Assembly (NCBI GenBank): GCA_029938045.1
Contig: JAPYOT010000001.1
Span: 12,457-76,456 of the forward strand
Direction of reading: 5' to 3'
Length of the DNA stretch: 64,000 bases
From: Fidelibacterota bacterium
GTDB taxonomy: Bacteria; Fidelibacterota; Marinisomatia; Marinisomatales; TCS55
Of this stretch, positions 49,031-57,209 are shown piece by piece. Made by a program: the position numbers and the translations under genes. Under the pieces are notes generated by a model, which searched no databases, was not told the origin of the DNA, and saw only the letters and a list, made by a program, of their open reading frames with translations. Each line of letters begins with the position of its first letter. Within the stretch, counting starts at the first letter, position 1.

Positions 49031-50869
49031 TCATTCAACCGTGACGCTTTTAGCCAGATTCCGAGGTTTGTCCACATCACATCCACGAAGAACTGCTAAA
49101 TGGTAAGCCAACAATTGAAGGGGGATTGACGCTATTAATGGAAAAGTCCGCAGGTGTGTTGATGGCACATCAATAATATAATCAGAAACCTTTTCTAAAT
49201 CTTTTGTGCGTTTATCCGTTACAGTTATGATGATTCCTTTCCTGGCTTTCACTTCCTGAATATTGGATAATACTTTATTAAAAGTACGATCGTGAGGAGC
49301 CAGAAAAACTACCGGCATTTTTTCATCAATCAATGCAATGGGTCCATGCTTCATTTCTGCTGCGGGATACCCTTCTGCATGAATGTAAGAAATTTCCTTC
49401 AGTTTTAATGCACCTTCTAACGCCACAGGAAAATTCATTCCACGACCCAAATAAAGAAAATTATCTGCCTTTAGAGTTTCCCAGGCGATTCTCTCGATTT
49501 CATCTGAATTGGCCATCACTTTCTCAACCTGCACGTTTATATCCAACATCGCTTTAGCTAATTGTTTCCCTTCACTTTTGGACATACCGTTCTTACGTCC
49601 GAAATAAAGTGCCAGTAAGTATAATACAGTTAATTGTGCCGTAAATGCCTTTGTCGAAGCGACACCAATTTCAGGACCCGCATGGGTATAAATACCACAA
49701 TCAGTTTCCCGGGCGATAGAAGATCCCACCACATTGCAAATGCCCACCGTGAGTGCACCATATTCTTTTGCCATTCTTATCGCTGAAAGCGTATCTGCTG
49801 TTTCACCAGATTGCGAAATGGCGATGATAACGGTATTGCTATCGATAATAGGTGAACCATATCGAAATTCAGATGCATATTCTACATGGACAGGAATTCT
49901 TGCAAATTCTTCCAACAAATTTTTACCCACAAGACCCGCATGCCAGGACGTACCGCAGGCAGTTATATAAATTCGATTTGCATTTTGAATTCGATCAATA
50001 TAATCACTCACACCACCTAAAAATGCAGTACCTTCATCAAGGTTTAGTCTACCACGCATGGTATCCGTTATGGTGTGCACCTGCTCATGAATTTCCTTTA
50101 GCATAAAATGAGGAAATTCACCTTTTTCAATTTCTTCAATTGAAAATTCAATTTCAGTCGCTATTTTATTGATGATTGTATTATTAGAAATTAATCTTAT
50201 TTCATGACCTTCATTAGAAATAGTGGCCATTTCACCTTCATCTAAGTAAACGACATTTCGAGTATGATCCACAATAGGAGAAGCATCGCTGGCTATAAAA
50301 TATTCATTTTCACCTATACCCAAAACCAAGGGGCTACCTAATCTTGCTGCAACCAACTTATCCGGTTCATCATTACAAAAGGTGACGATACCATATGCTC
50401 CAATGACCTGATTCAATGCTACTTGCACAGCTTGAGAGAATTCAAGTCCATCTGAATAATAAATATCTGAAATAAGTTGAACTAATACTTCTGTATCCGT
50501 TTCACTTTTAAATTTGTACCCTTTTGCCTCTAAAACTGTTTTTAACACAGAATAGTTTTCAATAATACCATTATGAATGATGGCAATATTTCCAGTGTGG
50601 TCCCAATGGGGATGAGAATTGATATCCGTGGGTGCACCATGGGTTGCCCACCGTGTGTGCCCAATTCCAATGTTTCCGTTTAAAGGTGAATCATCTACCA
50701 GTTTTTCCAGTTCAGACACATTCCCTGCTTTTTTAATTGAATGACTTCCGTCACTATTCAATATAGCAATACCAGCAGAGTCATACCCTCTGTACTCAAG
50801 CCGTTTAAGTCCCTTCATCAGGATGGGAACAGCATCTTGCTTACCAATATATCCTACGATACCACACAT
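49031..50869 (-). CDS. glmS: Glutamine--fructose-6-phosphate aminotransferase (isomerizing)
   Basis: MCGIVGY Ntn-Cys start, two SIS domains with SQSGETADT, C-terminal ..KSVTVE. Confidence 0.96.
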   Translation of the reverse strand: MCGIVGYIGKQDAVPILMKGLKRLEYRGYDSAGIAILNSDGSHSIKKAGNVSELEKLVDDSPLNGNIGIGHTRWATHGAPTDINSHPHWDHTGNIAIIHNGIIENYSVLKTVLEAKGYKFKSETDTEVLVQLISDIYYSDGLEFSQAVQVALNQVIGAYGIVTFCNDEPDKLVAARLGSPLVLGIGENEYFIASDASPIVDHTRNVVYLDEGEMATISNEGHEIRLISNNTIINKIATEIEFSIEEIEKGEFPHFMLKEIHEQVHTITDTMRGRLNLDEGTAFLGGVSDYIDRIQNANRIYITACGTSWHAGLVGKNLLEEFARIPVHVEYASEFRYGSPIIDSNTVIIAISQSGETADTLSAIRMAKEYGALTVGICNVVGSSIARETDCGIYTHAGPEIGVASTKAFTAQLTVLYLLALYFGRKNGMSKSEGKQLAKAMLDINVQVEKVMANSDEIERIAWETLKADNFLYLGRGMNFPVALEGALKLKEISYIHAEGYPAAEMKHGPIALIDEKMPVVFLAPHDRTFNKVLSNIQEVKARKGIIITVTDKRTKDLEKVSDYIIDVPSTHLRTFPLIASIPLQLLAYHLAVLRGCDVDKPRNLAKSVTVE

Positions 50870-50958
50870 ATTGTTTGAATTTAGTTAATTATTGATTTGT
50901 TGAAGTGTGAACTAAATCACCTATTTGAAACTTTAGCAAATATAAGAATGAATAAAAA

Positions 50959-52521
50959 TCATTCCCATTCAATTGTTCCCGGCGGTTTTGACGTTATATC
51001 ATAGACAACACGATTGACCCCTTTGACTGAATTGACAATTTTATTCGATATTTTTGTCAATGTCTCATCGGGCATCCGAAACCAATCTGCTGTCATCCCA
51101 TCGCTGCTGGTCACAGCTCTCAGTCCCAATAAATACTCATAAGTTCTTTGATCACCCATCACCCCTACTGTTTTTACAGGGATTAAGACCGCAAATGCCT
51201 GCCATATCTCATCATAAAGGCCATCCTCATGAAGAATATCTATATAAATTTGATCTGCATTTTGCAATATGGCAATCCGCTCTTTTGTGATTTCACCCAA
51301 AATACGAACGGCCAAACCGGGACCGGGAAAGGGATGACGATTGATGAGTGAATCTGGTAAACCTAATTCCCGACCAACATTGCGAACTTCATCTTTAAAA
51401 AGTTCTCGCAGCGGTTCAATTAATTCAAAAGTCATATCGTCAGGAAGCCCGCCCACATTATGATGACTTTTGATGACATGGGCTGAATTTCCTATACTGG
51501 CACCACTTTCAATCACATCGGGGTAAAGAGTTCCCTGGGCAAGAAAAGAAACATCCCCTACCTTGTCGGCTATTTTTTCAAATGACCGAATAAATTGTTC
51601 ACCAATTATTTTTCGTTTTTTCTCCGGCTCCACAACGCCCGAAAGTTTTGATAAGAAAATATCAGATTCATTAAAAGAAGTGATATTTACACCCAATCCA
51701 TCTTTCAATGCAGAAACGCAATGTTCTGCTTCGTTCTTTCTTAATAAGCCATGATCAATTAAAACAGATGTGCACTGATCTCCCACCGCTTTGTGCATTA
51801 ATGCTCCAACGACGGAAGAATCCACCCCACCACTCACACCACAGATTACCTGTCCATTGCTAACTTTTTCACGAATTAACATCACCTGTTCCTGAATAAA
51901 ATTTCCTGCAGTCCAGTTCGGTTCACAATGTGCAATTTTAAATAAAAAATTATTTATGATCGTATTACCTTCCAGAGTATGGACAACTTCCGGATGAAAT
52001 TGAGTTGCATATCTTTTGGATGCTTCATTTGCCACACTGGCCACTATGCCATTTGTAGACTCAGCTAATATTGTCCAATCCCCCGGTACTGATTGAACTT
52101 TATCCATATGGCTCATCCATACTTGTGTGTCATTGGAGATACTGTCCAAAATAGATTCGGGTTTTACTTTCATTAAATTGGCAAACCCATATTCTCCTTT
52201 AGATCCCGGTTCAACTTGCCCCCCATAATGATGTACCATCAATTGAAGGCCATAACAAATTCCTAAAATGGGAATATCCAAATCAAATATTTTTGGATCA
52301 TATTGGGGTGCCGAATCTTCGAATACACTATTAGGGCCACCGGAAAGAATAACCGCTTTGGGTTTTCTTTTCATCATAGAATCAGCTGAAGTATTAGAGG
52401 AAAGTATTTCTGAAAAAACGTGCTGCTCCCGTATTCTCCTGGCAATTAATTGCGTATATTGGGAACCAAAATCAAGAATGACAACACCACCCTGGTGCAT
52501 TGGATTCATCCAATTTTCCAA
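50959..52521 (-). CDS. guaA: GMP synthase (glutamine-hydrolysing)
   Basis: GATase motif GICYGLQLM, PP-loop GVSGGVDSSV, C-terminal dimerisation domain ending PPGTIEWE. The start may be an internal Met (52509 or 52500). Confidence 0.96.
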   Translation of the reverse strand: MENWMNPMHQGGVVILDFGSQYTQLIARRIREQHVFSEILSSNTSADSMMKRKPKAVILSGGPNSVFEDSAPQYDPKIFDLDIPILGICYGLQLMVHHYGGQVEPGSKGEYGFANLMKVKPESILDSISNDTQVWMSHMDKVQSVPGDWTILAESTNGIVASVANEASKRYATQFHPEVVHTLEGNTIINNFLFKIAHCEPNWTAGNFIQEQVMLIREKVSNGQVICGVSGGVDSSVVGALMHKAVGDQCTSVLIDHGLLRKNEAEHCVSALKDGLGVNITSFNESDIFLSKLSGVVEPEKKRKIIGEQFIRSFEKIADKVGDVSFLAQGTLYPDVIESGASIGNSAHVIKSHHNVGGLPDDMTFELIEPLRELFKDEVRNVGRELGLPDSLINRHPFPGPGLAVRILGEITKERIAILQNADQIYIDILHEDGLYDEIWQAFAVLIPVKTVGVMGDQRTYEYLLGLRAVTSSDGMTADWFRMPDETLTKISNKIVNSVKGVNRVVYDITSKPPGTIEWE

Positions 52522-53270
52522 TCTGTTAATTCATCCATATAATCAAAATTTGTCAATTGGGGTTGCAAAGGAGTAATACTAACATATCCCTCTTTTATTG
52601 CAACACCATCACTTTGTAATTTCGTATCAGGGTTTTTAATTTTCCCCGTCATCCAATAATATATTCGGCCTCGCGGGTCTTCTCGCTTTTCAAAACTGTC
52701 TTTAAAATATATGGAACCCTGATGGGTAACCTGATACCCCTTAAACTCAGTCGCAGGGCAGTTGGGGACATTCACATTCAGTAAAGTACCATGGGGTAGA
52801 TCATTTTCCATCATGGCTTTAACCACCTTTTTTGCTACAATTTTGGCCCCAGACCAATCTCCTCCTCGTATTGAATCCAAACTAATGGCTATGGACGGAA
52901 TCCCTAAAAATGTTCCTTCTGTCGCCGCTGAAATGGTGCCTGAATAAAGTAAACTTTGTCCAATATTCGCACCGGCATTTATACCGGATATAATGATATC
53001 TGGCTTCTTATCCATAATAGCTTTAACCGCAATTTTAACCGAATCAGCTGGGGTCCCGTTCACCGCATATCCCCGGAATCCACCTGATCTTTTCACCTTT
53101 TCTATGCGGATAGGATCCGAAATAGTAATGGCGTGCCCTACGGCACTTTTTTCTGTATTGGGTGCCACAACAGTAGTTTCACCAATGTCTGACATTGCTT
53201 CCCACAAGGCATAAATACCATCGGCGAATATACCGTCATCATTGGCGATTAAAATGGATGGACGTTTCAA
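52506..53270 (-). CDS. surE: 5'/3'-nucleotidase SurE
   Basis: ILIANDDGIFADGI hallmark motif and SGINAGAN motif. Confidence 0.93.
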   Translation of the reverse strand: MKRPSILIANDDGIFADGIYALWEAMSDIGETTVVAPNTEKSAVGHAITISDPIRIEKVKRSGGFRGYAVNGTPADSVKIAVKAIMDKKPDIIISGINAGANIGQSLLYSGTISAATEGTFLGIPSIAISLDSIRGGDWSGAKIVAKKVVKAMMENDLPHGTLLNVNVPNCPATEFKGYQVTHQGSIYFKDSFEKREDPRGRIYYWMTGKIKNPDTKLQSDGVAIKEGYVSITPLQPQLTNFDYMDELTDWKIG

Positions 53271-54106
53271 GATGTAAGCATCCCTATTAAATTTGAAATT
53301 GTTTCTTTCAGCTTTTCCCGGGGAACAATATGATCCACAAATCCTTTATCCTGTAAAAATTCCGCACGTTGAAATCCATCCGGCAAATTTTCTCCAATCG
53401 TCTGTTTGATAACTCTTGGACCGGCAAAACCAATGAGTGCCCCCGGTTCAGCCAATATAATATCTCCTAACATGCCGAAACTTGCTGTTACTCCACCAGT
53501 AGTTGGATCCGTAAGAATGGGAATAAACAACCCACCTTCATCTTGAAAACGAGCTAATTTAGCGCTGGTTTTAGCCAATTGCATGAGTGACAATGCTGAT
53601 TCCTGCATCCGAGCACCCCCGGAAGTACAAACAAGAATAAATGGTATTTTTTTCTCCCGAGAGAGATCGATTGAACGGGAAACCAATTCCCCCACCACAG
53701 ATCCCATACTCCCACCAATAAATGCGAAATTCATTACGCCGAGAATTATTCTTTTTTCATTGATCTTTCCGGAATAACAATTGATCGCATCATTCTGGCC
53801 GGTTTTAATAATGGCTGTTTCTAATTGAGTTGAATATTTTTTCTTCGCTTTAAATTTTAATGGATCAGCCGATTTTACATTTAAATATAATTCTTCGATG
53901 TCGTCCCTATCCAAAAGTAAATCACGGTATACTGTTGGCGGCACACGAAAATGATGGCCACAATGCCTACACACAGAATGATTTTTATCTAATTCAGGTT
54001 TATACTGAATTTCTGTACACGTAGGACACTTTGTCCACAATCCACTGGGGATATCTTTTTTCCCCAACTCTGCAATATTTTTATCTTTTCGACGAAACCA
54101 AGCCAT
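53267..54106 (-). CDS. accD: Acetyl-CoA carboxylase carboxyltransferase beta subunit
   Basis: MAWFRRK start, Zn-ribbon CPTC..x15..CRHCGHH, carboxyltransferase domain GGSMG. Confidence 0.93.
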   Translation of the reverse strand: MAWFRRKDKNIAELGKKDIPSGLWTKCPTCTEIQYKPELDKNHSVCRHCGHHFRVPPTVYRDLLLDRDDIEELYLNVKSADPLKFKAKKKYSTQLETAIIKTGQNDAINCYSGKINEKRIILGVMNFAFIGGSMGSVVGELVSRSIDLSREKKIPFILVCTSGGARMQESALSLMQLAKTSAKLARFQDEGGLFIPILTDPTTGGVTASFGMLGDIILAEPGALIGFAGPRVIKQTIGENLPDGFQRAEFLQDKGFVDHIVPREKLKETISNLIGMLTS

Positions 54107-54539
54107 GCGTTTTTTCTTTTTTTACCATGATAACTGCATCCTCTCCATCTGAATAATATTCATTTCGAATATCAATCTCTTCAAAACCAAAGTTTAGGTA
54201 CAAATTTATTGCGGGGAAATTAGATCGTTTCACCTCTAAATACACGTCCGCAAATTGTAGATAATTTTCCAATATTTGGTCTAAAAATTGGTTGCCGTAC
54301 CCTTGGTGCTGAAAAGAGATATCAATGGCGATATTTAAAATGTGTGCTTCATTCTCTATAAAGTGAGCAAAAAAATATCCAATGATTATTCCATTCATTT
54401 CAGCAACGAGATTTAACGAATGACGTTTTCGCTTTATTTCATTTTCAATCGCTTCTTTTGTCCACGAATCGTTGAAAATCCTTTTTTCCATTTCATAAAT
54501 GGGTTCCAAATCATTTAGTGTCATTTTGCGAATATTCAT
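54081..54539 (-). CDS. rimI: Ribosomal-protein-alanine N-acetyltransferase
   Basis: GNAT fold (FQHQGYGNQFL motif A). Conserved tsaE-tsaB-rimI order. Confidence 0.8.
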   Translation of the reverse strand: MNIRKMTLNDLEPIYEMEKRIFNDSWTKEAIENEIKRKRHSLNLVAEMNGIIIGYFFAHFIENEAHILNIAIDISFQHQGYGNQFLDQILENYLQFADVYLEVKRSNFPAINLYLNFGFEEIDIRNEYYSDGEDAVIMVKKEKTHGLVSSKR

Positions 54540-55168
54540 TTTTTAGAACCTAATGTAAATGAAGCAATATAATTGGGCACTAAATCATATGGTGTTTTCT
54601 TCACCCAACTATTATAGTTTTTTTCAGCCAATATACCGGTCATTTCCGCTGTTGGTGGGACCGATGGAATCAATGAGTCACCCAAAAGTTTTTCACATCC
54701 AAATTGGCCTGCTTCTCCTGAATGATCAATATCATCCCATATACCAGCTTTTGCTTCACTGACCACCCCTAAGTTTAGTTGACTTATTGAAAATTGCTGA
54801 TAAAATACAATATTCCCATGAGAATACAATAAAATTGTAAAAGCTTCCGATGTTAATCCACTATTGGCAGCCATAATCTGTAATGTTGGAACGGGTACAA
54901 TGGGCAATCCCTTTGCAAATGCTATTCCTTTTGCGAAACCCAATCCCACCCGCAATCCCGTAAAAGAACCGGGGCCGATTGCAACAGCAATGGCATCTAA
55001 GTTGATTTCATCCAATCCCGTTTTATCCCTAAGAGAGTTATAAAACTCGGGTAGTCTTTCCGCATGTTCTCTCGGAATTCGTTTTTCGATTTTATACTGA
55101 CATTTTTCATTTTGAATGAATGCAATGCCGCACCAGTCCGTGGAAGTTTCAATGGCAAGAATGTTCAA
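54536..55168 (-). CDS. tsaB: tRNA t6A37 biosynthesis protein TsaB
   Basis: MNILAIETSTDWCGIA start, GPGSFTGLRVG motif. Confidence 0.88.
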   Translation of the reverse strand: MNILAIETSTDWCGIAFIQNEKCQYKIEKRIPREHAERLPEFYNSLRDKTGLDEINLDAIAVAIGPGSFTGLRVGLGFAKGIAFAKGLPIVPVPTLQIMAANSGLTSEAFTILLYSHGNIVFYQQFSISQLNLGVVSEAKAGIWDDIDHSGEAGQFGCEKLLGDSLIPSVPPTAEMTGILAEKNYNSWVKKTPYDLVPNYIASFTLGSKK

Positions 55169-55599
55169 TCAACTATCCCTGATATCTTAATTGATCTGGC
55201 GTTGACATTCTCAGATAACCGATTAAAATGAATCAATATCCAACGATCGGTCCAAAAGGGTTCGATCCGTTCAGCCCATTCAATAATTGTAATGCCATTC
55301 TCCGGATTTAAATAATTTTCTCCACCAATATTTAAAAAATCCTCCGGGGAATCTAACCGATAACAATCAATATGGTAAAGTGCATGATGGGTCCCTTCAT
55401 ATTCACTCACCAGTTTAAAGGTTGGAGAAATAACAGAATCCTGAATGCCCAAGCCGCGGGCAAACCCCTGTGAAAAAGTTGTTTTTCCTGAACCAAGATT
55501 CCCAATGAGTGCAATAATTGTCCCTCCTGGAATCTTTTTGGCTAAATTTTTTGCAAATGTTTGCATTTCTTGGACAGAATTCAACACTTTTTCCATCAT
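55165..55599 (-). CDS. tsaE: tRNA t6A37 biosynthesis ATPase TsaE
   Basis: Walker A GNLGSGKTTF, SPTF and HIDCYRL motifs. Confidence 0.9.
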   Translation of the reverse strand: MMEKVLNSVQEMQTFAKNLAKKIPGGTIIALIGNLGSGKTTFSQGFARGLGIQDSVISPTFKLVSEYEGTHHALYHIDCYRLDSPEDFLNIGGENYLNPENGITIIEWAERIEPFWTDRWILIHFNRLSENVNARSIKISGIVD

Positions 55600-57152
55600 T
55601 TTGGATCCATGATAAAAATGGGAACCATCATTTCTTCCATAGAAATACCACCATGTTGAAAACTGCCTTTCAACATATTTTTGTACTTATGCTGTTCATT
55701 GGGGTATAAGAAAAAATAGTCATCCTTCGCCAACAAATAGTTATACTGATGGCCGAGCGACGGCAATTTATACGTTTCAAGATTTCGAATGTCTATGGCA
55801 CTTTTATCATTGGCATTGATATTACGGCCGTGTTTATGACGAACACCAGATGAAGAATGTTTGTCCGCCGCTACCATAGAACTCCGATTGACCATGATGC
55901 TTCCATGATCACTGGTTATGACTACCTTATATCCCGCAGACCCTAATTCTGCCAGGACGGATCTAATCCAGGAATTCTCATACCAAACCCGAACAGCGTG
56001 CCGATACCCAGATTCATCCGGAACCATCTCTTTTAATACATCGGATTCTGATCGACGGTGCGCTAATTGATCCACAAAGTTTATAACAATGGCCAGCAAA
56101 TCCATATTTAGATATTCTCCCACTCTTGACTGAAACTTTTGTCCTTCTTCTACCATCCATATTTTATGATAATGGAGCGATTTATCCGCTAGGCCGGTTC
56201 GGGCTAATTGATCCTTAAGAAATATGTGTTCTAGTTGGTTTAAACTCCCTTTATCTTCAACCATAGCATCAAGTTGATCTGGATATTTTTGACAAAATTC
56301 TTCAGGATATAACCCAGAGAAAATAGCGTTTCGACTAAAGGGTGTTGCCGAGGGTAAAATCGATGATGATGGCTCAATTCGAATGGAATAATTTTCTGCC
56401 AATAATGGATACAAAGCCATAAACTGATCCAAGCGCATGGCATCCATTACAAGGAGACAGACTTTTTCATTTTTCTTTAAAATGGGCTGAACAAATTTTG
56501 AAAATATATCTGTTGAAAGATTTGGACTGTCTATTCCTAATACCCAATTTTCATAGTGATCCTGAACAAAATGCGTGAACTGTCTATTCGAAGTTTGAAT
56601 TTGTTCATTTAATATTTGGTTTAAACTCGCCTCCTTTTGTTCGTCAAAATCCAATTGCCATTTTACGAGGCGGCTATAAATTTTCCACCAATCATTAAAA
56701 GAAACCGCATCTTCTATATCTAATTCAATTTTTTGAAATTCCTGCAGATATCCGCTTGTCGTTTTTTCATTTCGGATCTTTATATTCTCAAGCACTTGTT
56801 TACAGGCCATAAAAATCTGGTTCGGATTGACGGGCTTAATCAAAAAATGAGCAATCTTTTCAGAGATGGCTTCATCCATGAGCCATTCTTCCTCACTCTT
56901 GGTGATCATTATAATCGGCAATGCAGGATTATTTTCCTTTATTTCTCTCAGGGTTTCCATGCCATCCAGTCCGGGCATGAACTGATCTAAAAGTACCAGG
57001 TCAAAGATTGTCTCTTTGGATAAGGAAATGCCATCCCTGCCATTGGCACATGTGGCAATGGTGTAGCCCTTTTCTTCTAAAAAAAGAATGTGGGGCTTTA
57101 GGTGGTCGATTTCATCATCGACCCAAAGGATTTTACCGCGGGATTTTTTCAT
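55596..57152 (-). CDS. PorX-like response regulator: CheY receiver fused to a PglZ/alkaline-phosphatase-superfamily domain
   Basis: Receiver motifs KILWVDDE, LVLLDQFMPGLDG (phospho-acceptor Asp) and IIMITK. The C-terminal PglZ-type domain has VVITSDHGS and QHGGIS metal-site-like motifs. At 518 aa the architecture matches PorX. Confidence 0.8.
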   Translation of the reverse strand: MKKSRGKILWVDDEIDHLKPHILFLEEKGYTIATCANGRDGISLSKETIFDLVLLDQFMPGLDGMETLREIKENNPALPIIMITKSEEEWLMDEAISEKIAHFLIKPVNPNQIFMACKQVLENIKIRNEKTTSGYLQEFQKIELDIEDAVSFNDWWKIYSRLVKWQLDFDEQKEASLNQILNEQIQTSNRQFTHFVQDHYENWVLGIDSPNLSTDIFSKFVQPILKKNEKVCLLVMDAMRLDQFMALYPLLAENYSIRIEPSSSILPSATPFSRNAIFSGLYPEEFCQKYPDQLDAMVEDKGSLNQLEHIFLKDQLARTGLADKSLHYHKIWMVEEGQKFQSRVGEYLNMDLLAIVINFVDQLAHRRSESDVLKEMVPDESGYRHAVRVWYENSWIRSVLAELGSAGYKVVITSDHGSIMVNRSSMVAADKHSSSGVRHKHGRNINANDKSAIDIRNLETYKLPSLGHQYNYLLAKDDYFFLYPNEQHKYKNMLKGSFQHGGISMEEMMVPIFIMDPK

Positions 57153-57175
57153 AATAATTAGAGTAGGAAATTACA

Positions 57176-57195
57176 TTGAAGCATGATTGCTTCAG
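57176..57195 (-). promoter_or_regulatory. Intercistronic stem-loop between the cyclase operon and the PorX-like gene
   Basis: TTGAAGCA-TGAT-TGCTTCAG forms a 7-8 bp stem with a 4-nt loop. It lies 15 nt after the cyclase stop and 24 nt before the PorX-like ATG. The U-tract is poor, so it is more likely a processing/stability element than a strong terminator. Confidence 0.3.
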
Positions 57196-57209
57196 AAGTT
57201 GAAATGATC

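Noticed and set aside
50870-50958. Possible glmS ribozyme/riboswitch in the glmS leader
   Set aside because: The spacer is only 89 nt, AT-rich, and lacks the conserved glmS ribozyme core that I could recognise. The element is mainly known from Firmicutes.
55596-57152. A PglZ domain could indicate a BREX/PGL phage-defence locus
   Set aside because: The PglZ domain is fused to a CheY receiver (PorX architecture). No PglX methyltransferase, BrxC ATPase, BrxL/Lon, BrxA/B or other defence genes are nearby. The neighbours are tsaE/tsaB/rimI and a signalling operon.
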